Source of the DNA: Patescibacteria group bacterium | Lineage (GTDB): Bacteria > Patescibacteriota > Patescibacteriia > Patescibacteriales > UBA12465 | Assembly: GCA_016938835.1 (NCBI GenBank) | Contig: JAFGTW010000037.1 | Coordinates: 9,918-73,917 of the forward strand | Length of the DNA stretch: 64,000 nt | Reading direction: 5' to 3' | Shown: positions 37,715-47,142 of the stretch, piece by piece | Numbering within the stretch: position 1 is the stretch's first letter | Layout of the letters: each line of letters opens with the position of its first letter | Notes under the pieces: generated by a model | Databases searched by the model: none | Seen by the model: the letters and a program-made list of their open reading frames with translations, nothing else | Told to the model about the DNA's origin: nothing | Program-made: the position numbers and the translations under genes

Positions 37715-38671
37715 ATGAAACTAGCAGTAGCTTTTTTATGTTATCAAAATAGTTCCGCTCCGTATTTAATGGAGTTTTTAGCTAGTCTTGATTCGGCTCT
37801 AAAACAATTAGAAGAAGAAGTTTTAATTCTTGCTGGTGATAATAGCGGAAAGCACGATAGACGTAATGGAGATTACATTTTTGAGTATAATAATCACAAT
37901 AAAAATAAAATTCAGTACTTTGATTTTAAAAAAAATCTTGGCTTTGCCGCTGCTTATAATCTTTTAATAAATACTGCCATAGAAAAAGGGGCAAAGTATT
38001 TTTTAATGCTCAATCCGGACATTATTCTTGATCGTGGAGCTATTAAAAAAATGTTATCAACTTTAGAGTTTGATGCTAATTTAACTTCTGTATGTCCTAA
38101 AATATATCGTTGGGATTTTAAGAATAAGAAGCTTACCAAGATTATTGATAGTTGTGGCTTAAGGCTTAAGCCGGGACTTCGTTTTTATGATTTAGGGCAG
38201 GGAGAGTTAGATTGTGGTCAATATGATAAGGCAGAAATTATTGGTCCATCTGGTGCTGCGGCTATGTTTCGCTTGTCTGATTTAGAGAAAATTAGTGTTA
38301 ATGGCAAGTTTTATGACGAGCATTTCTTTATGTATAAAGAAGATTGTGATTTAGCTTATCGCTTAAGATTAAACAGGCTTTCAACAAAAATGCTGGCATC
38401 AGCTATCTGTTATCATGATCGTAGCGCTGCCAAGCGGGGCGGTTTATGGCAGACTTGGCTTGATTGGAAAAAGAGAAGCAAGAAAGCTCGTTCTTGGTCA
38501 TTTGTAGGGCAGCATTTACTTTTTTTTAAATATATACTGCTTGAGTCATATTATTCTCGTTTTTTAATTTTATTGAGACTTGGTTTTTATGCATTTTTTT
38601 CTTTATTTTTAGCCCAATTTCTCTTAAAAGATTATTTTCGTTTTCGTCGATTTATAAATAGTCTTGACTAA
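37715..38671 (+). CDS. GT2 glycosyltransferase (rhamnosyltransferase-like)
   Basis: DNS, NLGFAAAYN, LNPD, SGAAAM, DEHFFMYKEDCDL. Confidence 0.87.
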   Translation: MKLAVAFLCYQNSSAPYLMEFLASLDSALKQLEEEVLILAGDNSGKHDRRNGDYIFEYNNHNKNKIQYFDFKKNLGFAAAYNLLINTAIEKGAKYFLMLNPDIILDRGAIKKMLSTLEFDANLTSVCPKIYRWDFKNKKLTKIIDSCGLRLKPGLRFYDLGQGELDCGQYDKAEIIGPSGAAAMFRLSDLEKISVNGKFYDEHFFMYKEDCDLAYRLRLNRLSTKMLASAICYHDRSAAKRGGLWQTWLDWKKRSKKARSWSFVGQHLLFFKYILLESYYSRFLILLRLGFYAFFSLFLAQFLLKDYFRFRRFINSLD

Positions 38672-38692
38672 TATAAATTAATATGATAGATT
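38664..38692 (+). promoter_or_regulatory. sigma70 promoter
   Basis: TTGACT-17-TAGATT with a TGn extension. Confidence 0.5.
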
Positions 38693-38739
38693 AAGCATGT
38701 GTTAATAAATTAGATATAGCTGAGCTATATTTTTATTAT

Positions 38740-39783
38740 ATGGAAAATTTACTAGAAAATATTGTGCTTGAAAGACGCACAGAAGAACTTAATAAATTAA
38801 ATGCTATACAAATTGTTAATGGTATATTTTCTGATTTAATGGAGCGTGAGCGTGATATTCTTACTCGTCGTTTTGGACTTGATGGGGAGAAACACGAAAC
38901 TTTAGAAAAAATTGGGCAACTCCATAAACTTACTCGCGAAAGAGTGCGTCAAATTGAAAATGCTAGTATCAAGAAGATTAAGCGCTTGGAAACATTAGGT
39001 GAGTCCTTATCAATTTTAAAGGGTGTTATTTCTAATTTATTAAAAGAACATGGTGGTTTTCTGCGTCGTGATTTTCTACTTGATATTCTTTCTGTCATGA
39101 TTTTAGAAAACGATGGTAAGGCTAATATTAATAACCCTGAGTATCAGAAAAATTTGCAGATTCATAAAAATCGTTTTAGTTTTTTATTATCAAAATTACT
39201 AAATGATGATTTTGATGTCGTTAATAATTCTAATCATTTTAATACTTCCATTAAGTTGAAAGACGGCTCAATTAATCACTTTGAAGATTTATCTAAGGAT
39301 TTATTGTCTGTCTTGGAAAATCTTAATAAGACTTTAAGTACTAACGAATTATTATCTTTAGTCCGTAATCTTGAGTCGTATAAGATTCATCAGGATAAAA
39401 TAGAGTCTAGTGAGGATGCAAATATTACTTCAGTTTTTAAAAGCGATATATTTTTTGATGATGCTGAGCTAATTAATAATAATAAGGGTATTTATTCATT
39501 ATTCCAAGCAATTAAAGATCTGGAACAAAATAAATTTGGTCATTGGGGCAAGGTGAATTGGCAAGAAATTAAACCAAAAACTATTAATGATAAGATTTAT
39601 TTAGTTCTAAAGAATTCTGGTAAGCCACTGCATTTTACAGAGATTGCTAGTAAAATTAATGATGTTAAATTTGACCATAAAAAAGCTAATCCAGCAACTG
39701 TACACAATGAATTAATTTTAGATAATCGTTATGTTTTAACTGGTCGTGGTACGTATGGTTTACGCGATTGGCAAAATACTTAA
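38740..39783 (+). CDS. Sigma70 region-4 domain fused to C-terminal HARE-HTH/RNAP delta-like winged helix
   Basis: RERDILTRRFGL..TLEKIG..LTRERVRQIE; YLVLKNSGKPLHFTEI..HNELI..YVLTGRGTYGLRDW; no region 2. Confidence 0.78.
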   Translation: MENLLENIVLERRTEELNKLNAIQIVNGIFSDLMERERDILTRRFGLDGEKHETLEKIGQLHKLTRERVRQIENASIKKIKRLETLGESLSILKGVISNLLKEHGGFLRRDFLLDILSVMILENDGKANINNPEYQKNLQIHKNRFSFLLSKLLNDDFDVVNNSNHFNTSIKLKDGSINHFEDLSKDLLSVLENLNKTLSTNELLSLVRNLESYKIHQDKIESSEDANITSVFKSDIFFDDAELINNNKGIYSLFQAIKDLEQNKFGHWGKVNWQEIKPKTINDKIYLVLKNSGKPLHFTEIASKINDVKFDHKKANPATVHNELILDNRYVLTGRGTYGLRDWQNT

Positions 39784-39807
39784 TCAGCTGAATTGTGAAC
39801 TTATTAT

Positions 39808-39837
39808 AAGCCGCCAAAAATTGTTTTGGTGGTTTTT
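39808..39837 (+). terminator. Intrinsic terminator
   Basis: aagccgccaaaa-attg-ttttggtggttt plus T's. Confidence 0.7.
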
Positions 39838-39913
39838 ATTTTTCATTTATTCGTGCTAAAATATTAGTAGAAAACTTGGTCTTTGCTAAAAGGCTAGTTG
39901 TCATTATTTTCTT

Positions 39914-41365
39914 ATGGAGATAGTTATAAATACTACTCGTCTCGAGGATTTTTTTGCTTTGGCGCCAGGTGAGATGTTGTGGGTTTTTTTCCTAAATATT
40001 GGCTGGATAATTATCGCGGCTATTTTTTTGTATGGACTTTCTTTGCTTTATTTGCAAAAAATCTCAGCAAATTGGGCGGCTAATAATTTGAAGTTTATTT
40101 TATTAGCCATTGATGTGCCCAAGGGAAATGAGCAATCACCAAAAGCAGTAGAAAATATGTTCACTTATTTAGCCGGAGCTCACGGTTCAATTAACTTTTT
40201 TGAGAAATGGTTTGAAGGTAAGTTTCAAGTTTCTTTTAGTTATGAAATTGTTAGCCTTGAAGGTTATACCCAGTTTTTAATTCGTACTCCGATTGAATTT
40301 CGTAATTTAATTGAAACTTCTGTTTATTCACAATATCCGGATGCGGAAATATCGGAGGTGGATGACTATGTTGAAGCTGTTCCTCATAATTTTCCTGACG
40401 AAGAATATGATATTTGGGGATCCGAATTTATTCAGGCTAATAATTGGGCCTTTCCAATTAAACTTTATCAAGAATTTGAGCATAGTTTTGGTGAGTCAGA
40501 AACTCAGTTTAAGGATCCAATGGCATCCCTGATGGATTTGTGTAGCTCTTTGCGAGAAGGGGAGCAGTTTTGGTTTCAGATCGTAGTAATTCCTACTGGT
40601 TTTAATTGGGTGGCTGAAACTGATAAAATTGTAGACAAGATTCTTAATAAGACCAAAAAATCTAGTGGATGGACTATAAAATTATTAGAATGGTTTGGTG
40701 ATTTGGGTGAAATGTTTTATAGCATTTGGGGGGATATCGAATCTAAAGAAGATAAAAAGGACGGATTATCCATGATGGAGTTAACTCCTAAACAGAAAAA
40801 ACAGATAGAGGCGGTACATATGAAAGCTTCTAAATTATCTTTTAATGCCAAGATTAGAGTTGTATATGCCGCACGCAAGGATGTAATTAATCGCAGTAAG
40901 GTTGTTAATGGTATTGTTGGTTATATGAAACAATTCATTGCCCTTGATTTGAATAATCTTATGCCTGACGTTAAATTAACAATGACTAAAACGTCTTATT
41001 TCAATAAAGATAAAAGATTATTTAAAAAGAAAAATTCTATAATGAATAATTATATTAATCGTGATGATTTTGCTGGGCGCGTGCCTGGGCTATTTAATAT
41101 TGAAGAATTGGCGACTCTCTGGCATTTCCCAATTGAGGCTAATGTTAAGGCACCAATGATTCAGAAGGCTCCTGGTAGAAAAGCTGATGCTCCTTCATCT
41201 CTACCGGTGATTGATGATTTTTCTTATAATGCTCCTGAATTATTTCAATCAGATATTTTACAGCGGCAACAACCTCCGGCTGAGTCTGAGACAGATATTA
41301 ACAAGGCGTCTGTGGCCGAAGTAGAAGTAAATAAAAATATACCAGAAAATTTACCTTTTGTTTAA
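39914..41365 (+). CDS. Conserved hypothetical membrane protein
   Basis: N-terminal TM; LLAIDVPK..SPKAVE, SYEIVS, YSQYPDAEISEVDDY, EELATLWHFP; no Walker motifs. Confidence 0.65.
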   Translation: MEIVINTTRLEDFFALAPGEMLWVFFLNIGWIIIAAIFLYGLSLLYLQKISANWAANNLKFILLAIDVPKGNEQSPKAVENMFTYLAGAHGSINFFEKWFEGKFQVSFSYEIVSLEGYTQFLIRTPIEFRNLIETSVYSQYPDAEISEVDDYVEAVPHNFPDEEYDIWGSEFIQANNWAFPIKLYQEFEHSFGESETQFKDPMASLMDLCSSLREGEQFWFQIVVIPTGFNWVAETDKIVDKILNKTKKSSGWTIKLLEWFGDLGEMFYSIWGDIESKEDKKDGLSMMELTPKQKKQIEAVHMKASKLSFNAKIRVVYAARKDVINRSKVVNGIVGYMKQFIALDLNNLMPDVKLTMTKTSYFNKDKRLFKKKNSIMNNYINRDDFAGRVPGLFNIEELATLWHFPIEANVKAPMIQKAPGRKADAPSSLPVIDDFSYNAPELFQSDILQRQQPPAESETDINKASVAEVEVNKNIPENLPFV

Positions 41366-42573
41366 TGAAAAATATTATTAAAAAAAAAATACGTATTGGT
41401 ATTGATGCGCGTTTCTATGGCCCCGTTGGCAAGGGGCTTGGTCGTTATGTTCAGGAAGTAGTTGATAATATTATAAATATAAATCGTGAATCTGAGCAGA
41501 AATTTGAATTTGTTATATTTTTAAGTCCAGAAAATTTTGATAAATTTATTTTTACTGACTCCTTTATTTCAAAAAAATTAGTATCACTTCCTTGGTATTC
41601 TTGGCGTGAACAATTATTGTTTCCGTTTATTATCTTAAAAGAAAAAATTGATTTGATGCATTATCCACATTTTAATGTTCCCATTTTTAGTCCCGTTGCA
41701 TTTGTGGTAACAATTCATGATCTTATTTTAACTAAATTTCCCAGCCGCCGCGCTTCCATGCTTCCGGTCACTCTTTATTGGTTGAAGCAAATTGCTTATC
41801 GTATAATTATACAGGTCGCCGTTATGAGGGCTAAAACTGTCATTGCAGTTTCTGAATTTACTAAGGATGATATTGTAAAAAAGCTTGGCATACGGGCTGA
41901 TAAAATAGCTGTCACTTATGAGGGTGTGGCTATTTTAAGCAATGAGGATAAAATTGATAGTAAAGATGCTGTACTTATTAATGATAAACAAGTATTAAGT
42001 AGTTATAAATTTCACGCCCCTTTTTTACTTTATGTTGGTAATGCTTATCCGCACAAAAATCTAGATAAATTTTTAGAAGTATTTAGTAGCTTGCGTTATA
42101 CTCATCCGGACATTTCTCTAGTGATGGTTGGTAAAGATGATTACTTTTATCAACGCGTAAAACGGGTGGCTAGAAATCTACATCTTTGGCGTGAAGATAC
42201 TGATAATGGTAAAGTATTTTTTCCTGGATATGTTTCTGATAATGATTTAAAAGTCTTGTATCGTCAGGCACTGCTGTATGTTTTTCCTTCTTTATATGAA
42301 GGTTTTGGTTTACCGCCGTTAGAGGCTATGTCTCAGTCTTGCCCTGTTATTAGTTCTAATCAGGGCAGTTTGCCGGAAATTTTAGGAGAGTCTGCTGTTT
42401 ATTTCAACCCATATGATAAGGTGGATATGCTCACAAAAATTACAGCTTTAATTGATAATAAATCAGCCAGAGAATCTTTAATAATGAAAGGACGGGAGCA
42501 TGTTGCAAATTTTTCTTGGCAACGGTGCGCTGGTGAAACATTTGATATTTATCGACGAGCCTTGCTTAAATAA
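41365..42573 (+). CDS. GT4 glycosyltransferase
   Basis: IGIDAR, GLGRY, VTIHDL, YVGN..HKN, FPSLYEGFGLPPLEAM. Confidence 0.92.
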   Translation: MKNIIKKKIRIGIDARFYGPVGKGLGRYVQEVVDNIININRESEQKFEFVIFLSPENFDKFIFTDSFISKKLVSLPWYSWREQLLFPFIILKEKIDLMHYPHFNVPIFSPVAFVVTIHDLILTKFPSRRASMLPVTLYWLKQIAYRIIIQVAVMRAKTVIAVSEFTKDDIVKKLGIRADKIAVTYEGVAILSNEDKIDSKDAVLINDKQVLSSYKFHAPFLLYVGNAYPHKNLDKFLEVFSSLRYTHPDISLVMVGKDDYFYQRVKRVARNLHLWREDTDNGKVFFPGYVSDNDLKVLYRQALLYVFPSLYEGFGLPPLEAMSQSCPVISSNQGSLPEILGESAVYFNPYDKVDMLTKITALIDNKSARESLIMKGREHVANFSWQRCAGETFDIYRRALLK

Positions 42574-42582
42574 TAATTGAAA

Positions 42583-45129
42583 ATGTCTGTAAATAAATTC
42601 AATAATAAGCAGTTTAATTTTATTCGGTCAACCGATTCTTTTGTGGTAGATTTACGTTCTCAGTCTAATCAAGGACAGGTAAATTCATCAGCAACTCATA
42701 AGGGACAGGAATATATTAAAAAAGTAAAATCAAAATTTAAAGGTGAGAATATTAAACAGATTTTTAATATTCGTTTAGGTTTGACTAAGAAAAAGTCAAA
42801 ATTAAATTTTTTAGCTTCAGTTTTACCCAGCGAGAATATAATTAAACGATCTCATAAAAATATATCTGTAATAAAATTTTGGTCCGGTTTGAAAGAAGTG
42901 ATAGATATTTTTTTTATTAAAAAAAATATCTATACTCGTTTGCGTTATAATTTTAAGCGTCATCTAGATTATTCAGAATTTCATAATTTTGCCCATACTT
43001 CTATTTTAAAATTGAAGCGCTTAAGTAAGCAACAGTCCCCACTTAAGAGTAAACAACAAAGAATATCTACACAATCTGAATATTTGCTCGTTTGGTATCG
43101 ATCTGTTTTTACTTTTATAGCTGCTTTAATTATAATCATTTTGCCTTTTAAAATGTTGGCTTATTTTAAAGTTCTTGATTTTGGTAATCTAAAGAATAAA
43201 ATCATTAGCCACTCTTATTCTGCTTTTGATAATTTGGCGGCCGCGTCTAATGATGCTACAAAATTAAATCTTCCTGGGGCGGAGTCAAATTTTGCTGAAG
43301 CTGCTGCTAATTTTAGTGCCGCTCAACAAGAATTAAGTCGCGTTGATGACTGGTTGTTATCCTTTGCTTCTTTTTCTAGAGATCCAAAAATTAAATTGGC
43401 TGCTTCCGGTAAGAAGTTTTTAGCTGCTGGAGCGGCTGCATCTGCTTTTGGTCAGCACTTAAGTGCAGCCGGCGATGTTATGTTAGGTGATAATCAAGAA
43501 AAAAGTTGGGGTAAGCTAATTGATTCCTTTGTTGACCATGGTGATTTAGCTTTAGATAGTGCTATTTTGTTACAAGATCAATTAAATGATATTTCGCCTG
43601 AGAGTTTGCCAGTAGAATATCGGGCGCAATTTATCTCTTTTTGTAAACAAACAGATTTGACAGTCAAGTCTCTTAGCTCTTTATTGAGCTCCGCTAAAGA
43701 AATAAAAAATTTTTTAGGTGTTAGTCAAGATAAGCGTTATTTATTGGTTTTTCAAAATAATACTGAAATGAGGGGTGCTGGCGGTTTTTTTGGTAGTTAT
43801 GCTCTGGTTGATATTCGTGACGGTAGGATTAAAAAACTTGAAGTTCCAGCTGGCGGTTCATATGATACTGAGGCGGGCATGCGTTCTTTTATTAAAGCCC
43901 CTCAGGCCTTACAACTCGTTACCCCTCGCTGGTATTTTTGGGATTCTAATTGGTGGCCTGATTGGCCAACTAGCGCTCAAGCTTTAATGTGGTTTTATGA
44001 AAAGAGTGATGGACCAACTGTGGACGGAGTCATTAGTTTTACTCCAGATGTTTTAGCTAGTTTATTAGAAATAACTGGACCAATTGATTTACAGCAGGAC
44101 TATGATATGACAGTTGATGCTAATAATTTTTGGGAACTTATTCAGACTACAGTTGAAAAGGATAATTTAGTAAATAAATATCCTGAATTAATGGCAAGCG
44201 TTGCTGATAGTCCTGATAATCAACCAAAGAAAATAATTGGTGATTTAATGGCAATTATTGTAGAAAAATTACCGGAAGTTTTAAGTGGTGATAACTTACC
44301 TGCATTGCTTATGGCTTTGGAAAATAATTTAAGTGCTAAGAATATTCTTCTTTATTTTAATGACCCCGAATTGCAGTCCAAGATCAGTCGTTATCATTTG
44401 GATGGTAAAATGTTAGACACGAAGTATGACTATTTAATGGTGTCTCATACCAATATTGCCGGACAGAAAAGTGATCGCAAAATGGAAGAGAAAATTAAGC
44501 ATTCAATTGAAATTATGGATGATGGTAGTATTATTGATAATTTAACCATTTATCGTACTCATACAGGCCTAAAGAATGAAATTTTAAGTGGTGTTCGTAA
44601 TGTTGATTGGCTACGTGTTTATGTGCCTTATGGCAGCTTGCTTTTAAGTGCCGATGGCTTTAGTCAGCCAGATGCTTCCTACTTCGAAAGGCCAGAAGAT
44701 GATTGGCAGGATTATCCTTATTTATTAGAAACAGAGGGCAGGGCACGAACAGATTTAAATAGTGGCACAAAAATTTATACAGAGGCTAATAAAACAGTTT
44801 TTGCTAATTGGGTGATGACGGATCCAGGGGAAACTTCTTTAATTCATTTGCGTTATCGCTTGCCTTTTAAATTAAATAAAAGCCAGGTAGTGAGGGAAAA
44901 TAGTTTATTAGTTAATATTGATAGTTTGCTTGGTAATAATTCTTATGAAAGAATGCCTTTTTCTTTGTTGGTACAGAAGCAGCCAGGATTAAATAACACC
45001 CTGATTGATTTAAGTTTATCTATGCCTTTAAGTTGGCACACTGTTTGGTTGTATCCGCAGGCTACTACTTGGAATAGGCAATTATTTTTGAATGAAGATT
45101 TTGTTCAGGCAGTATTAATTGAAAGATAA
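42583..45129 (+). CDS. DUF4012-like membrane-anchored surface protein
   Basis: YLLVFQNNTEMRGAGGFFGSYA, DSNWWPDWPTSA, VDGVI, N..G.KSD, WLRVYVPYGS, QKQPG; basic N-terminus then a TM. Confidence 0.8.
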   Translation: MSVNKFNNKQFNFIRSTDSFVVDLRSQSNQGQVNSSATHKGQEYIKKVKSKFKGENIKQIFNIRLGLTKKKSKLNFLASVLPSENIIKRSHKNISVIKFWSGLKEVIDIFFIKKNIYTRLRYNFKRHLDYSEFHNFAHTSILKLKRLSKQQSPLKSKQQRISTQSEYLLVWYRSVFTFIAALIIIILPFKMLAYFKVLDFGNLKNKIISHSYSAFDNLAAASNDATKLNLPGAESNFAEAAANFSAAQQELSRVDDWLLSFASFSRDPKIKLAASGKKFLAAGAAASAFGQHLSAAGDVMLGDNQEKSWGKLIDSFVDHGDLALDSAILLQDQLNDISPESLPVEYRAQFISFCKQTDLTVKSLSSLLSSAKEIKNFLGVSQDKRYLLVFQNNTEMRGAGGFFGSYALVDIRDGRIKKLEVPAGGSYDTEAGMRSFIKAPQALQLVTPRWYFWDSNWWPDWPTSAQALMWFYEKSDGPTVDGVISFTPDVLASLLEITGPIDLQQDYDMTVDANNFWELIQTTVEKDNLVNKYPELMASVADSPDNQPKKIIGDLMAIIVEKLPEVLSGDNLPALLMALENNLSAKNILLYFNDPELQSKISRYHLDGKMLDTKYDYLMVSHTNIAGQKSDRKMEEKIKHSIEIMDDGSIIDNLTIYRTHTGLKNEILSGVRNVDWLRVYVPYGSLLLSADGFSQPDASYFERPEDDWQDYPYLLETEGRARTDLNSGTKIYTEANKTVFANWVMTDPGETSLIHLRYRLPFKLNKSQVVRENSLLVNIDSLLGNNSYERMPFSLLVQKQPGLNNTLIDLSLSMPLSWHTVWLYPQATTWNRQLFLNEDFVQAVLIER

Positions 45130-45180
45130 AATATTTTTCTACTTAATTAAACATTTATCAATTTATATATATTAAAAAAC

Positions 45181-47139
45181 ATGTCAGTTACTAAAAAATC
45201 CAAGTTAAAAAAAATAGTCAAACCATCTGCCTTTTTAGAGCGACCATTGCCAAATGAAGAAGAAGTTGATCGTTTCGAGAGGGCAATCAGAAAGGAAATA
45301 ATAACTGAGGAAATGGACAGTCATTTATCTGCTATTTATCATGATAATAAGGGGAATTTAGTTGATGTTAGTAAAGTTAAAAAACGAAAGCGCCTGAGGT
45401 TAATTGTGTTATTTAAACAAATTTTTGTGTTGACTATTTTTGTTTGCGGTGCTTATGGTGCTTATTATTATTATTTTAATCGTCCTGCTGGCACGGATAA
45501 TATTATTTTAAATATTCAAGCTCCAGATAAAGTTTTAGTTGGCGAAACAGTCGTTTATGATATAAATTACACGAATAATAGCGGAATATCTTTGTCAGAT
45601 GTTAAATTGGAATTAATTTTACCAGCTAGTTTTGTTCATATTGATAGTGTGCCTCCAAGTAATGGTATTAATTCTTGGTCCTTAGAAACTCTAGAGCCGG
45701 GGGCTTCAGGTGTTGTAACCGTTAATGGTTATCTTGTGGCTCCAGTAGATTCAGCTAATGTTATTACGGCTAAATTAAATTATATCCCAGCTAATTTTTC
45801 TAGTGAATTTAAAAAAGAAAGTACTGCTAATACTGTTATTTCCGGTATCGGTTTTAATGTCTCATTAGATTATTTAAATATGGCATTGGTGGGACAAAAA
45901 AATGAACTTAAGCTTAATTTTGATAATTTTAAAAATAATAATTTAGCTGAATACTATTTAGAGATAATTGCTTCGGATAATTTTAAAATTAAAAATTTAG
46001 ATTTAGGTACTACTAATAAATTGCCTTTGACAGAAATTGAAAATGTAGGTGAGAGAAAATGGCTGATAAGTGGATTGCCTTATGACTCAGAGGAAAAATT
46101 ATTAGTACCAATTGATTTTAGTTTAGAATCAAAAAATCAAGATCGGGAAGATTTCAGTATTCGTTTGTATAAAAAAGAAGCCGGTGGTCGTGATTTAGTG
46201 TTTTGGGAAAAGACTATCTCTTTTGAAATAATGAAAAGCGATTTAAATATCGGCCTCTCTCTTAATGGTGAAAAAAGTGATCAGACCATTAATTTCGGCG
46301 ATAAATTAAATTACAATTTATCCTATTCTAATAATGGTGATGCTACTATTTATGATTTAGTTTTAATGGCAATTATTAAGGGTGATTTTGTCGACTGGTC
46401 AGCACTAGAAGATGCTCATAATGGTAGTTTATCTGGTAATGCTATTATGTGGACCAAAGAAGAACTTCCTGCTTTGGCTGAATTAGCGCCTGGCCAAACA
46501 GGCAATCTTGATTTTTCTTTAGCGGTTAAAAATTTTTCCATTAATGATTTAGGGATAGATACTTATATTAATAGTTATGCTCAATATAGTTTAAATAATA
46601 ACAAAGATGAGATAAGTGAAGATAATCGTAGTAATACTATTAAAACTGAAATTAATAGTGATTTGCTTTTGGTTGATAAGTTCCTATATTTTAATGAAGA
46701 TAACGTGCCTGTTGGCTCTGGACCATTGCCACCAAAAGTAAACGAAGAAACAAAAATTCGCGTTTATTTAACAGTTAAAAATAATTTGCATGATTTAAGT
46801 CAGGTAGAGGTTACGCTAGATTTACCTCCAGGGGTAGATTGGTCAGATAATGATAGTACTAATGTTGGCACAATTCAGTATGATCAGGCTAGACGTCAAG
46901 TTGTATGGCGTTTGGGCTTATTGCCGGTTGCTGTATATCGCGCTGATGCTGAATTTACTATTAGTATTACACCGAATGAGACTGATTATAATAAAATTTT
47001 AGTTATTTCTTCTGGTGGCGTGGTGAATGCTATTGATAAAGTTACTGGAGCTAGTTTAAGTATGCAAACAAAACCTAGGACAACTAAATTGGAAGATGAT
47101 GATATTGCTGGTCTTTCTAATAACGGTAGAGTTGAATAA
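45181..47139 (+). CDS. Membrane-anchored protein with repeated DUF11-like Ig domains
   Basis: TM, then repeats of the G..V.Y.I.Y.N...L.dV.L...LP...W....L.PG pattern. Confidence 0.65.
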   Translation: MSVTKKSKLKKIVKPSAFLERPLPNEEEVDRFERAIRKEIITEEMDSHLSAIYHDNKGNLVDVSKVKKRKRLRLIVLFKQIFVLTIFVCGAYGAYYYYFNRPAGTDNIILNIQAPDKVLVGETVVYDINYTNNSGISLSDVKLELILPASFVHIDSVPPSNGINSWSLETLEPGASGVVTVNGYLVAPVDSANVITAKLNYIPANFSSEFKKESTANTVISGIGFNVSLDYLNMALVGQKNELKLNFDNFKNNNLAEYYLEIIASDNFKIKNLDLGTTNKLPLTEIENVGERKWLISGLPYDSEEKLLVPIDFSLESKNQDREDFSIRLYKKEAGGRDLVFWEKTISFEIMKSDLNIGLSLNGEKSDQTINFGDKLNYNLSYSNNGDATIYDLVLMAIIKGDFVDWSALEDAHNGSLSGNAIMWTKEELPALAELAPGQTGNLDFSLAVKNFSINDLGIDTYINSYAQYSLNNNKDEISEDNRSNTIKTEINSDLLLVDKFLYFNEDNVPVGSGPLPPKVNEETKIRVYLTVKNNLHDLSQVEVTLDLPPGVDWSDNDSTNVGTIQYDQARRQVVWRLGLLPVAVYRADAEFTISITPNETDYNKILVISSGGVVNAIDKVTGASLSMQTKPRTTKLEDDDIAGLSNNGRVE

Positions 47140-47142
47140 GTT

